Both the position numbers and the translations under genes were made by a program. From a virus (lineage: Duplodnaviria > Caudoviricetes): DNA of 64,000 nucleotides. The notes below the pieces were generated by a model. It searched no databases, had not been told where the DNA came from, and saw nothing but the letters and a program-made list of their open reading frames with translations. Positions 8,496-17,504 of this stretch are shown here, in pieces (within the stretch, counting starts at the first letter, position 1; each line of letters starts with the position of its first letter). The stretch lies in the IMG/VR virus record IMGVR_UViG_3300035675_000001. One strand, 5' to 3'.

Positions 8496-9407
8496 ATGCC
8501 CAAAATCTGTTACCGGAAGAAGAACTTCTCGCCCGACCGCGTGGACAAGATCGAGAAGGCCAACGTCATCATCGCGGAGTATGCCGCCCAGGGATTCGAG
8601 CTGACCTTGCGCCAGCTCTACTACCAGTTCGTCTCGCGGGGGTTCATCCCCAACAACCAGCGCGAGTATAAGAACCTGGGCGATGTCATCAACGACGCCC
8701 GGCTGGCCGGTCAGATTGACTGGGAATCCATCGTGGACCGCACGCGCAACCTCTCCTCCCTGGCCCACTGGGACGCGCCCACCGACATCATCAGCGCGTG
8801 CGCCAAGCAGTTCCGCATCGACAAGTGGGCGACCCAGCCCCGGCGCGTGGAAGTCTGGATCGAGAAGGACGCCCTGGTCGGCGTCATCGAGGGCGTCTGC
8901 CAGTCCCTCGACGTGCCCTTCTTCTCCTGCCGTGGCTACACGTCGCAGTCCGAGATGTGGTCCGCCGCCATGCGCCTGCGGTCCTACTGGAAGAACAACG
9001 ACCAAGACCCGCTGGTGCTCCACTTCGGCGACCATGACCCTTCGGGCATCGACATGACCCGCGACATCCAGGACCGGCTCCAGGAGTTTGCGTTCGGCAC
9101 CGCTGGCCACAAGATCGAGCTTCGCCGCCTGGCGCTCAACATGCCCCAGGTCCAGCAATACAACCCGCCGCCCAACCCGGCCAAGATCACCGACAGCCGG
9201 GCCGAGGGCTACATCGCCGAGCACGGGGACGAGTCCTGGGAGCTGGACGCCCTGGAGCCGCAGGTCATCGCCGACCTGATCCGCAACGAAATCATGGGCG
9301 TGCGCGACGCGGACAAGTGGGACGCTGCCGTCGAGGAAGAAGACGAGCACAAGCGCCTGCTCTCCGCCGTATCCGACAAGTGGGACGAAATCACTCAAGA
9401 CCTATGA
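8496..9407 (+). CDS. TOPRIM-domain protein (Topo VI-A/DUF2399-like)
   Basis: LTLRQLYYQ (wHTH Tyr), VWIEKDAL, CRGY, FGDHDPSG, WELDAL. Confidence 0.8.
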   Translation: MPKICYRKKNFSPDRVDKIEKANVIIAEYAAQGFELTLRQLYYQFVSRGFIPNNQREYKNLGDVINDARLAGQIDWESIVDRTRNLSSLAHWDAPTDIISACAKQFRIDKWATQPRRVEVWIEKDALVGVIEGVCQSLDVPFFSCRGYTSQSEMWSAAMRLRSYWKNNDQDPLVLHFGDHDPSGIDMTRDIQDRLQEFAFGTAGHKIELRRLALNMPQVQQYNPPPNPAKITDSRAEGYIAEHGDESWELDALEPQVIADLIRNEIMGVRDADKWDAAVEEEDEHKRLLSAVSDKWDEITQDL

Positions 9408-9643
9408 CCGACCAACAAGCCATCAAAGAGTTGAAGGCGGAGCTGAAACGCATCGCCGACAAGAACGACGACGAGTGGCGGACCACGGTGACCGTGAACG
9501 AGAAGGGCTGCTACATCGAAGTCATCGAGACCGCCGACCGGCACACCCTGACCGATGGCCGGGGAGCCTCCGTGTCCGAAGCCATCGCCAACCTGAAAGC
9601 CAACCTGCCTGCCGCGTTGGAAAGCTGGGGCTACACGGCATGA
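9404..9643 (+). CDS. Hypothetical protein
   Basis: ATGA-coupled ORF. Confidence 0.65.
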   Translation: MTDQQAIKELKAELKRIADKNDDEWRTTVTVNEKGCYIEVIETADRHTLTDGRGASVSEAIANLKANLPAALESWGYTA

Positions 9644-9831
9644 ACGCGCACCACGAAGCCTACTTGAAGACAGTCGCCGACCGCTGGCTGGTCTGGATCA
9701 CCCCGGCCAGCCGCGTGGGCGGCGAGTGGCCTCTGCCGGTCCCGTGCCGGACGCGCAAGAAGGCCGTCAACTACGCCCGTGCCTGCCGCCTCCAGGGCCA
9801 GGGCACCCGCATCAGCAAGCCAACCGCATGA
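9640..9831 (+). CDS. Hypothetical protein
   Basis: ATGA-coupled ORF. Confidence 0.6.
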   Translation: MNAHHEAYLKTVADRWLVWITPASRVGGEWPLPVPCRTRKKAVNYARACRLQGQGTRISKPTA

Positions 9832-10106
9832 AACGCTACAAGGCCAGAGTCATCATCCGGGGCGCGATGGATCAGCAGCTCTACGGCACCAAGCCGGACA
9901 GCCTGCGCCGTCGCGCCATCAAGCTCCTGACCGAGCACGAGCCTGGCTGGGGCAGCCTCCAGCCAGAGCAGGTCGTCATCAGCGAGCAGACCGGCTACAT
10001 CAGCGGCAACGAAGCCCAATGGATACCCGTCGAAACCATCTACTACCACGACCTCCCGGAGAGCCAACTGGAATGGAAACGAAAATCGCAAAGCTCTGCT
10101 TCATAG
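9828..10106 (+). CDS. Hypothetical protein
   Basis: ATGA-coupled ORF. Confidence 0.6.
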   Translation: MKRYKARVIIRGAMDQQLYGTKPDSLRRRAIKLLTEHEPGWGSLQPEQVVISEQTGYISGNEAQWIPVETIYYHDLPESQLEWKRKSQSSAS

Positions 10107-10318
10107 GCGGGCTGGTCATCGGCCTCGCCATCGGCGTAATCGGAACAACACTCTTGACTCCGACGCAGGCCGAGCGCGAAGCCAGGGAGACCCAGGAGCG
10201 TATCCGGGCTGACCAGGACCGGCTGACCGCCATCCGCATCATGCAGTCGGCGCTGGACGCCTACCAACAAACCCTTACCAACCATGCCCCGGAAACCAAA
10301 GAAGTTCGAGGACGTTAG
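10073..10318 (+). CDS. Small membrane-anchored protein
   Basis: N-terminal TM LCFIGGLVIGLAIGVIGTTLL followed by a coiled coil. Confidence 0.6.
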   Translation: METKIAKLCFIGGLVIGLAIGVIGTTLLTPTQAEREARETQERIRADQDRLTAIRIMQSALDAYQQTLTNHAPETKEVRGR

Positions 10319-11030
10319 TCACGGGCCGTTCAAGGCGGCGATCCGCCTGGACTCCGAGAGCGGCGTGTTCGAGTGCGAATACGGCGACGAGCGGTTCAGC
10401 TCGCACGAGCTGCCCAAGGTCCGCCAGTGGGCCAAGGAGCGGCTGCGCTCCCTGTCCAGCCTGGCCTGGAAGCCGGTGATGCACGTCAACTTCGACTCGG
10501 CGGACGACCGGGTGAACAACCTCAAAAACTGCGCCAACATCCGCTGCTACATCGAGCGCGGCTACATCGCCTGGGAAGGCAAGAAGTGGCTGTTCTGCCG
10601 GTGGGTCGTGATGCCGCCCGGCCACTACATGTGCTCCGGCCCGGACCCTTCCGAGATGGAGCAGGAGCAGCACCCGATCAGCGCCCAGGACTTGATGGAG
10701 CAGCGCATCGCCCACGCCAAGGACTTCTACCCGGCCAGCGGCATGGGCGCGGCCCTGACCTTCCCCCTGGTCGAGCCGGAGAGCCTGGGGTCCAAGTCCT
10801 ACTGGGTGCCTTACACCGAGGAGCGTTACGCCACGATGCTGGGGATGCTGGACAAGATCAGGGAGCTGCGGGAGCGCATCCACCAGCTCCTCGCCTGCGA
10901 CGAAGGCTGGAATCGCCTGGCAGCCATCGCGGGCAACAAGCTCCTGGCCGCGCCCCAGTCGCCGGAGGATGGCCACAACTCAGCCGGGCACAACTGGCGC
11001 AACCCCGAAGATGCTTCCGACATACCTTGA
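10284..11030 (+). CDS. Hypothetical protein
   Basis: 248 aa ORF with typical codon bias. Confidence 0.7.
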   Translation: MPRKPKKFEDVSHGPFKAAIRLDSESGVFECEYGDERFSSHELPKVRQWAKERLRSLSSLAWKPVMHVNFDSADDRVNNLKNCANIRCYIERGYIAWEGKKWLFCRWVVMPPGHYMCSGPDPSEMEQEQHPISAQDLMEQRIAHAKDFYPASGMGAALTFPLVEPESLGSKSYWVPYTEERYATMLGMLDKIRELRERIHQLLACDEGWNRLAAIAGNKLLAAPQSPEDGHNSAGHNWRNPEDASDIP

Positions 11031-11039
11031 ACATGGGTA

Positions 11040-11068
11040 TTGACAGCGAAGTCACCTTCGTTTACATT
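11040..11068 (+). promoter_or_regulatory. Class I sigma70-like promoter (leaderless geometry)
   Basis: TTGACA, 17 nt, TACATT, 7 nt, ATG11076. Confidence 0.8.
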
Positions 11069-11075
11069 TTCGCGT

Positions 11076-11510
11076 ATGGCCCACTGCGACCACAAATTCA
11101 TCGACAGCAAAGTCTGCATCAAGTGCGGATGGTCCCCCGGCGAAGCCGAGACCTGGAAGCCCAACGCGAGCCGCGTGGACTACGCCTGCCGCGTCATCGA
11201 GGCGCTGTGCAACCTTTGGAACACGGACGCCGATATGCAGGAGTCTCTGCGTAACGTCGCCCAGGACAAGCTGAACCTGATGTGGCTCAGCGAGCACAGC
11301 GCCCTGGCCCCCGGCCACGAGGCCATCTGCGCCCAGGTGTTTTGGGACACGGTGGTCACCCGGTATCCGTCCAACGGCGTCTATCAGGTCCAGGCGATCT
11401 GGAACGAGACGCTGAACCCGGAGAACAATGCTCAGCGCGTGGTGGTCTATGTGCAGCCCGCCACTTGCGTCGAGCGCATCCAACTCAACCTTAATGCCCA
11501 AGGCCAATGA
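11076..11510 (+). CDS. Hypothetical protein; C-terminus weakly resembles the tail-sheath C-terminal domain
   Basis: YQVQAIWNETLNP...VVVYVQPATCVERIQLNL. Confidence 0.6.
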   Translation: MAHCDHKFIDSKVCIKCGWSPGEAETWKPNASRVDYACRVIEALCNLWNTDADMQESLRNVAQDKLNLMWLSEHSALAPGHEAICAQVFWDTVVTRYPSNGVYQVQAIWNETLNPENNAQRVVVYVQPATCVERIQLNLNAQGQ

Positions 11511-11841
11511 ACCGCTGCCCCTCTACGATGGCGTCGCCGATGGGCTGCCGCCCGCAGTGCCCTGCGTCCAGTGCGGCTACTGCTGCAAGAAGACGCCGTG
11601 CCCGTTCGGCACCTGGGATGCAAAACGTAAACAATGCGAACACCTGACCGATGACAACCGCTGTGCCATCTACCACGACATCCTCGCAAAGCCTGGTCCC
11701 CTCTGGAGACTCGCTCCAGCCTTTGGGGCCGGATGCTGTATGTCGTTGTTCAATACCCATCGGATTCACCGGATCAGAAGAATCCGTGCGGGCCTTGACC
11801 TGCCTCCTGCTGGGTTTGCTGCGGGAGACATTAAGCGGTGA
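11494..11841 (+). CDS. YkgJ-like Zn/Fe-chelating domain protein
   Basis: CVQCGYCC...CEHL...CAIY. Confidence 0.7.
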   Translation: MPKANEPLPLYDGVADGLPPAVPCVQCGYCCKKTPCPFGTWDAKRKQCEHLTDDNRCAIYHDILAKPGPLWRLAPAFGAGCCMSLFNTHRIHRIRRIRAGLDLPPAGFAAGDIKR

Positions 11842-11992
11842 TGCCATCTACCTGGCCGTCATGCGGGCCGAGACCCTGGCCTCCGAGAACGGTGTCAGCC
11901 CGGAGGAGTTCCGGCGCGTGGCCGAGATCGTGGTCCTGGACTGGCACGTCAAGCGGAAGCAGAACCCGATGAGCTGCCTGTTCGACTGACTT

Positions 11993-12202
11993 ATGAGTGA
12001 CGACGCAACCAGTCCCTATCAGTGCCCGGTCTGCGGGTGGTGGGCCAACGATGACCAGCCCAGCGCCCTGGTGGAGCGCACCGATCCCGTCCGCAACGAC
12101 GCGCACTCCGAACAGTTCGGCGTCGAGGCCCTGGACTGGCAGGAGACCTGGAAGTGTCCCAACGACGGGACCGTGTTCACGTTCCGCAACTCGAACTGCT
12201 GA
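11993..12202 (+). CDS. Small Zn-ribbon protein
   Basis: CPVCG...WKCPNDG. Confidence 0.6.
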   Translation: MSDDATSPYQCPVCGWWANDDQPSALVERTDPVRNDAHSEQFGVEALDWQETWKCPNDGTVFTFRNSNC

Positions 12203-12786
12203 TGAACGCCTCCGATCAAGCCGTGAAGAAGCGCCTGCTGGCCCAGCGGGAGACCAACCCGAACTACGAGCTGATCTTCCAGGAGCCACGCAGTCCCAAA
12301 GCCCCGGAATGGACGCCGGTGGTTCCAGGCACCATGACCACGCTGTCGGACGGCAGCCTGGCCTATCTCTGCAACACGAAACGATCTATGAGCAAGAAAC
12401 GCAAATGCCCCGAATGCAAAGGCAGCGGCGAGAGGCTGGCCCCGCCCAGCTACCCGCCCAAGCGCATGGCCGATGTGCCCCGCTACAAATGCACGGAGTG
12501 CAACGGCACCGGCGTCGAGCAGCACTTTCAGATGATGTTCTGGCGCTACGACCAGTTCCCCTACGTCCTGGCCAGCCGTGGCTTCCTCCAGGACGACGGC
12601 CTGTGCTACTGCCCCAGCTACAACGCCTGCTTCCGGCCCATCAAGGTCATGACGCTGGAGGAGGGCGGCAAGATCGCTCAGGCGCTCAGCCTGCTGGCCA
12701 AAGAGCGTGACCTGGCCCTGGCCAACCTGAACGAAGGCTTCCGCGCCCGGCGCGACGAGATTGCCCCCTGGCTCAAGAAGTCATGA
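12202..12786 (+). CDS. Protein with DnaJ-type CxxCxGxG zinc finger
   Basis: CPECKGSG and CTECNGTG; start may instead be the internal MSKKRK. Confidence 0.65.
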   Translation: MNASDQAVKKRLLAQRETNPNYELIFQEPRSPKAPEWTPVVPGTMTTLSDGSLAYLCNTKRSMSKKRKCPECKGSGERLAPPSYPPKRMADVPRYKCTECNGTGVEQHFQMMFWRYDQFPYVLASRGFLQDDGLCYCPSYNACFRPIKVMTLEEGGKIAQALSLLAKERDLALANLNEGFRARRDEIAPWLKKS

Positions 12787-13118
12787 CCGTTACCAGCACA
12801 GGCTACTATGGAATCCCAGGTCGCATCGGCGGTCAGGTCCACGCGGTCGTTGCTGGTCGCCCTATCTGCGGCCAGCGCCTCGACCGCCGTTCTGAATACC
12901 AGTGGTGCTGCCACGGCCTCCACTGGGGCTATCTCGAATGCGAAAAATGTAAACGAATCCTGTCCAATGAAGCGCGACGTAACCAGGCGGGACACGATGC
13001 TGGAACTCCAGGGCGACACGGTGCTCTTGGACAACGAGCTGGTGCTGACGATTGTGCGGGTCATCGACGTAAACAAGCAGTGGCTCGAACTGTCCACGCG
13101 CACGCGCAAAAACTGTGA
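12783..13118 (+). CDS. Hypothetical Cys-containing protein
   Basis: ATGA overlap; PICG...CEKC. Confidence 0.45.
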   Translation: MTVTSTGYYGIPGRIGGQVHAVVAGRPICGQRLDRRSEYQWCCHGLHWGYLECEKCKRILSNEARRNQAGHDAGTPGRHGALGQRAGADDCAGHRRKQAVARTVHAHAQKL

Positions 13119-13194
13119 GTCGTGGCCGCTCACGCAAGAGCTGGCCAACCTGCTCAAACCCAGTAAAGACCCAAGAGCCAAATGGACCTTATGA
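12967..13194 (+). CDS. Hypothetical protein
   Basis: Beta-rich short ORF coupled to the next gene. Confidence 0.45.
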   Translation: MKRDVTRRDTMLELQGDTVLLDNELVLTIVRVIDVNKQWLELSTRTRKNCESWPLTQELANLLKPSKDPRAKWTL

Positions 13195-13715
13195 ACGAAG
13201 ACAAGCATTGCGAATCATGCGGCTGGATGCGGCCTCGCCGCCCCACCGATCTGAAACAGGAAGCGGGCTACGACAACGCCCGCCACTGGTGCGACCGGCA
13301 CAGCATGGCCACGCTGCCCCTGGCCCTGCGCTGCGGCGGCGACGAGTATGAAGCCTTCAACCAACTGCCCCGGCACCGCGAGGTCATCCCCCAGGACCAG
13401 CTCGTGGAGGGCACCTGGTATGTCGGTCGTGGCCGCAACGCCAACGTGGCGCTGTGGGGCCGGTGCGGCAAGAATGGCAAGCTCACCTTCCTGACCATCG
13501 GCTTCACCTTCCACAACCCCAACGTGAAGGACGAAGGCTACTACCGCGAGCAGCGCCATCACGGCCACGAGACCAAGGAGGGCCAGGTCGTGCGCGAGCT
13601 GGTCTCCTACGGCTGCTTCCAACCCTTCCGCCCGATCTTCGAGGGCCGGACGGTCGAGTCCCTGGGCAGTGAACCTGGATGGGATAAGCACTATGCCAAA
13701 GTCCTCGAAGTGTAA
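13191..13715 (+). CDS. Hypothetical protein
   Basis: About 174 aa; N-terminal CESC...C..C. Confidence 0.65.
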   Translation: MNEDKHCESCGWMRPRRPTDLKQEAGYDNARHWCDRHSMATLPLALRCGGDEYEAFNQLPRHREVIPQDQLVEGTWYVGRGRNANVALWGRCGKNGKLTFLTIGFTFHNPNVKDEGYYREQRHHGHETKEGQVVRELVSYGCFQPFRPIFEGRTVESLGSEPGWDKHYAKVLEV

Positions 13716-13753
13716 TTGTCAGATCAACTACGCCATCTGGTGGTGCTCTACCC

Positions 13754-14008
13754 ATGACCATGAACTCAACGAAGAAGGCCAGTGCTCACGATCCTCGCGT
13801 GTGGCCCAAACCCGGCGACCGCGTGGTCCGCGTCATCACCAACCGCAACGGCGTGCGCGGCGTCTTCCAGCGCATCGTGCTGGAAGTGGTCGGTGACCTC
13901 ATCATCTACACCCGCAAGCGCCGGGAGCGCCCGTGCAAAGCGCACCTGATCGACTGGCGCAAGTGGTGCAAAGAAGCCTCTGTCAACCTCACCCCCATTA
14001 CCTGGTAA
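13754..14008 (+). CDS. Hypothetical protein
   Basis: 84 aa ORF (PKPGDRVVRV...WRKW). Confidence 0.55.
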   Translation: MTMNSTKKASAHDPRVWPKPGDRVVRVITNRNGVRGVFQRIVLEVVGDLIIYTRKRRERPCKAHLIDWRKWCKEASVNLTPITW

Positions 14009-14029
14009 CCATCAACATAATTGTAAACA

Positions 14030-14245
14030 ATGGCAACTGAACAACTCCAAGATGTGGTGATCTACGAGATCGCCACGCGCAAGGTCGAATCCATCGCCGG
14101 GCGCGACATGAAGACCACCGGCAGCTTTCACACTGTGGACAAACGTCTCGCCACGGTGAGCGAACGCCTGAACGAGCACTACGACTGCATGGCCGTGCCC
14201 GCAGGCAAATACAACAAGGGAGACGTGTTACCCGACCAACCATGA
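14030..14245 (+). CDS. Hypothetical protein
   Basis: 71 aa; ATG overlaps a TTGTAAACAA site. Confidence 0.6.
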   Translation: MATEQLQDVVIYEIATRKVESIAGRDMKTTGSFHTVDKRLATVSERLNEHYDCMAVPAGKYNKGDVLPDQP

Positions 14246-14631
14246 AAGAAGTCCGAATGTCCAAGGCCAAGCTCCTGGCCATCCTCAAAACCAACCGCGA
14301 CGAGCACCGCGACATTTTCCTCAAAGCTCAGAAGGCGTATCGCCAGCGAGCCATCGAGGTTCTTGACCAGCAGCTCCGCCTGGCCCGCGAAGGCAAGTCC
14401 TTCGTCCTGGCCGAGATTATCCAACTGGCCGCGCCAGAGGATCACACCGGCGACTACGACCGGGCCATCAAGATGCTGGAGTTCAGCGTGGACAAGACCG
14501 TGGTCCTGTCCGCCGCCGACTTCTCCAACCTCGTCCAAGACCAGTGGAGCTGGTCCCGGCAGTGGGCGTTCAGCAACAGCCGCTACGTGGACAGCCCCAA
14601 GCTTCGATCCCTGATGTCCGATGAATCGTGA
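14242..14631 (+). CDS. Hypothetical phage protein
   Basis: 129 aa, ATGA-coupled. Confidence 0.7.
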   Translation: MKEVRMSKAKLLAILKTNRDEHRDIFLKAQKAYRQRAIEVLDQQLRLAREGKSFVLAEIIQLAAPEDHTGDYDRAIKMLEFSVDKTVVLSAADFSNLVQDQWSWSRQWAFSNSRYVDSPKLRSLMSDES

Positions 14632-15190
14632 GCGCAACGTCGCCCTGGCCCTCCAACGCTTCGACCAGGAATGGGCCGGGGAGGTTGCCCGCGAGAAGAT
14701 CGTATCCACCTGCTCCAAGGGCTGCTCAGCCTGCTGCTCCGAGCCGGTCTATTGCTCCAAGCTGGAGGCCCGGCTCACGCTCCGCTACCTGCCTGATGCC
14801 GAGCGGCCCGGCGTGATCGAGCGCACCCGCGCCTGGCTCACCCAGGCCAAGGCTACGGACATCCTGGACATCGCCGAGCCACACGTCATGGACTACCTGG
14901 CGTGCGGCTTGGTCTGCCCATTCCTCAAGGACAAGCTCTGCCTGGTCTATCCCAACCGGCCCTTCGGCTGCCGGTCCCACTGCGCGGTCGGCCCGGCCAT
15001 CAAGTGCTCGACCGACCGGCTCCACCAGACCTACGCCCGGTCGCCCAAGCTGATCGCGGTCACCGGCGCAGTGATCTTTAGCCAGCAGTCCGAGGGCGAC
15101 CACCTGGGCGTCTGGCTCTCCCGCCTGCTGCTCCAGGCTCCGGTCCAGAGCGAGGCCCATGTGTCGGTGGATGACCTGCGTGGTAGCTAA
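14621..15190 (+). CDS. YkgJ-family Zn/Fe-chelating domain protein
   Basis: CSKGCSACC...CPFLKDKLCLVYPNRPFGCR. Confidence 0.8.
   Translation: MNRERNVALALQRFDQEWAGEVAREKIVSTCSKGCSACCSEPVYCSKLEARLTLRYLPDAERPGVIERTRAWLTQAKATDILDIAEPHVMDYLACGLVCPFLKDKLCLVYPNRPFGCRSHCAVGPAIKCSTDRLHQTYARSPKLIAVTGAVIFSQQSEGDHLGVWLSRLLLQAPVQSEAHVSVDDLRGS
15184..15189 (+). promoter_or_regulatory. Class III motif variant TAGCTA
   Basis: TAGCTA-AGGC-GTG15194. Confidence 0.55.
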
Positions 15191-15193
15191 GGC

Positions 15194-15478
15194 GTGAAAA
15201 AGATCGTAGGTGAAGTTGTAAACGAAAATGACCCGCCCCAGGGAACGGAGCGGGTCACCGAGCCTACTACTACGCTGGCTCCCACACTCACCTATGCCGA
15301 TGAGCGCGAGCGCCAGAGAGCTTTGGAAGTCATCGAGGACTTGATCCAGCGGACTTCTTCGGACGCCTCGCGGGCACTTTACGTGCAGCAGCGCGAGAAG
15401 ATTTTGCGGGCTTCGATCCAGGAGAAACCTTTCCAGGCTGTGCCGACACTGGGGCCTTTCCCTTCCCACGGGCGATGA
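15194..15478 (+). CDS. Hypothetical protein
   Basis: 94 aa behind a class III motif; converges on and overlaps the minus-strand gene. Confidence 0.5.
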   Translation: MKKIVGEVVNENDPPQGTERVTEPTTTLAPTLTYADERERQRALEVIEDLIQRTSSDASRALYVQQREKILRASIQEKPFQAVPTLGPFPSHGR

Positions 15479-16100
15479 GGTTTTCCAGGGCACGGTCGTT
15501 CTGCTTCGCCAGCATGTCCGAGAAAACTACAGCGGCATAGGCGTAGAATCTGATCTCCCGCATATAGTCGTAGCCGCGCATGTTGCACATCCAGTGGACG
15601 ACATCCATCATCTCCTTGTCGTCGGCAAAGTCACCCACCCGCTCCGGCAATCGCTTCACCACCTGGTAAGCGCAGGCGTGCGCGTTGGAGCCGGGATCGC
15701 GGTTCTCGATGGTGACGCCCACGACCGCCTTGTGCTTCCTCCACCACTTCTTGATGGCCTTGGGATCGTCGGCCACGAACGCGCTGACCTCGATCTTGTA
15801 ACTGTCCTGGTTGACGTAGCGGGCGTAGTAGATCGCCGGGACTTTGAACTGGGTCTCAAACTCCTCGACCATCAGCCTGCCCAGGCTATGGAGGTCCGTG
15901 CCGAGCTTGAAGCTGACGCCGATCTTGAACCAGTGGGTCTCGTAACCGGCCTTGGCCCACTCGTCCCGATACTTCTGAACAGCGGCTTCCATTTCGGCCA
16001 GGCTGATCTCGCCCAGGCAATTCTTGCAGGCATCCTCGAACTCGTCGGGCGTGCCGTGCTTGCGCCTAAGCGCCTGCTGCTTTGGTGATAGCTTTTGCAT
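15330..16100 (-). CDS. Hypothetical protein
   Basis: 256 aa ORF with basic C-terminal tail. Confidence 0.65.
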   Translation of the reverse strand: MQKLSPKQQALRRKHGTPDEFEDACKNCLGEISLAEMEAAVQKYRDEWAKAGYETHWFKIGVSFKLGTDLHSLGRLMVEEFETQFKVPAIYYARYVNQDSYKIEVSAFVADDPKAIKKWWRKHKAVVGVTIENRDPGSNAHACAYQVVKRLPERVGDFADDKEMMDVVHWMCNMRGYDYMREIRFYAYAAVVFSDMLAKQNDRALENLIARGKGKAPVSAQPGKVSPGSKPAKSSRAAARKVPARRPKKSAGSSPR

Positions 16101-16563
16101 TGATTTGTGCTTCGATGATGGGCCTGAGTTGCGCGGGTCGGTAGGAAGGCCCTTTCATCCATTTGCCGTCCGCTCTGCGATAACCGTCGATGAACTTGCT
16201 CATGTTGCTGGCGTGGACCTCCTGCCAGCCCGGCTCCAGCTCCGTGCCCATCGCCACGCCATTCCCGATGGAGAAGACCATCAGGTCGAGCGTCGCGTCG
16301 TAAGCCTCCACGATGGCGTCCACTTCATTGGGGAACTGCTTCATCCCTGACGGGAACTCGAACGCGATGAAGTTCTCCGTGGCCCCGCCCCGGTTATTCA
16401 GGTCGATCTCGACACCCCAGGCGTTGGCCAGTTCACACAACTCCTCGGCCAGCCACTTGAGCCGACCGATGCGGACCTCCAGGCTGGGCAGCGTCGGGTG
16501 CGCCGGGCACTCCTGCTGCGCCTTGACCATGAACTCTCTGATCTGTTGTTGCTCGTTTGTCAT
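16066..16563 (-). CDS. MazG/PRA-PH-like nucleotide pyrophosphohydrolase
   Basis: QQIREF...LAEELCEL...EAYDATLDL...WQEVHASNMSK...KGPSYRP. Confidence 0.7.
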   Translation of the reverse strand: MTNEQQQIREFMVKAQQECPAHPTLPSLEVRIGRLKWLAEELCELANAWGVEIDLNNRGGATENFIAFEFPSGMKQFPNEVDAIVEAYDATLDLMVFSIGNGVAMGTELEPGWQEVHASNMSKFIDGYRRADGKWMKGPSYRPAQLRPIIEAQINAKAITKAAGA

Positions 16564-16934
16564 ATTGGTTGTTGTTCAAACTCTATCCAGAACGAGATTG
16601 GGGCCTTGCGGGCAGCCTGGGGGATGGTCGGCTTGGGAAACCGCTGCCACTCCGGGCAGGTGAAATTGATCTCCACGTCGAGCTTGCCCTCCTTCCAGGT
16701 CAGAATCCACGGGTAGAGACGGCACTCGGTCGGGCGGTATGGATAGACCGAGCAGTGGTTCTTGCCCTGGAGGTAATAGCAGGTGCCGTCCTCCTTGCGG
16801 AGCAGGCGTTGTAGCGTGGTGCCCTCGATGGGCGTCGTGAAGCCGCGCCAGAAATCAGCCTCGCCCGGCATCAGGATCGGCGGGCCAACCGTGGACCGGC
16901 CACAGCAATGGCGCTGGCAGTCTTGGCAGCTCAT
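16560..16934 (-). CDS. YkgJ-family Zn/Fe-chelating domain protein
   Basis: CQDCQRHCC...CYYL...CSVYPYRPTECRLYP. Confidence 0.8.
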   Translation of the reverse strand: MSCQDCQRHCCGRSTVGPPILMPGEADFWRGFTTPIEGTTLQRLLRKEDGTCYYLQGKNHCSVYPYRPTECRLYPWILTWKEGKLDVEINFTCPEWQRFPKPTIPQAARKAPISFWIEFEQQPI

Positions 16935-17062
16935 TTTTTCCGGTAGTAGTGGGTCTTGCCGCAACGGCAGAGGTAGCCCTTGCCCTTGAGCTTCTTCATC
17001 ACAATGTTGACGCCGCAACAGCGGGTCGGGCGGGGCAGCGCCATGACGATGCGGGCGCTCAC
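16931..17062 (-). CDS. Small Cys-rich protein (43 aa)
   Basis: Manual translation MSARIVMALPRPTRCCG...LCRCGKTHYYRKK; overlaps both neighbours by 4 nt. Confidence 0.5.
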   Translation of the reverse strand: MSARIVMALPRPTRCCGVNIVMKKLKGKGYLCRCGKTHYYRKK

Positions 17063-17283
17063 GAGTATCCCATCGCCTCCATCTTCTGCATGACGGGATC
17101 AACAGCCTCGACCACGAGGTCCGACTGTCCCTTGGCCAGCTCGACACGACCGCCCCCGGTCTGGTCGATCAGCCAGCACATCCACTCGGTCTTCCGGGTC
17201 CAGGCCAGCTCGAAATAGAGGTAGGGGTTGTCCTCTTTGGCAGACTCAAAGAGGCGCAGGGCGCGATGTAGCGTTTCTTCCAT
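17059..17283 (-). CDS. Hypothetical protein
   Basis: 74 aa behind a class II motif. Confidence 0.6.
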   Translation of the reverse strand: MEETLHRALRLFESAKEDNPYLYFELAWTRKTEWMCWLIDQTGGGRVELAKGQSDLVVEAVDPVMQKMEAMGYS

Positions 17284-17292
17284 ACGGATGGA

Positions 17293-17297
17293 AGAAC
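17293..17297 (-). promoter_or_regulatory. Class II upstream motif GTTCT
   Basis: CCGTTCT, 9 nt, then ATG17283. Confidence 0.45.
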
Positions 17298-17324
17298 GGA
17301 ATCCACGCCCACAGGGCGGCTTGA

Positions 17325-17504
17325 CTACTTGATGGTGTAGGCGACTGCCTGGATGGCAGCCAGGAAGTTGTTCAACGTGCGGACGGCCTTGCTCCGGCGC
17401 GTGTAGCCCTCACCGCACTCGGCGATGACCCGGCCACTGCGCTTGGCGTGCCAGCGCCAGCCGTCCTTGCCCTCGAAGAACTCGATCATGACTTTGTTTT
17501 TCAT
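17325..17504 (-). CDS. DUF1508/YegP-like small protein (59 aa)
   Basis: Manual translation MKNKVMIEFFEGKDGWRWHAKRSGRVIAECGEGYTRR... Confidence 0.65.
   Translation of the reverse strand: MKNKVMIEFFEGKDGWRWHAKRSGRVIAECGEGYTRRSKAVRTLNNFLAAIQAVAYTIK

Noticed and set aside
12967-13194. CsrA-like translational regulator
   Set aside because: Only a vague beta-strand pattern; the conserved R..GE and V+IG..AP motifs are missing.
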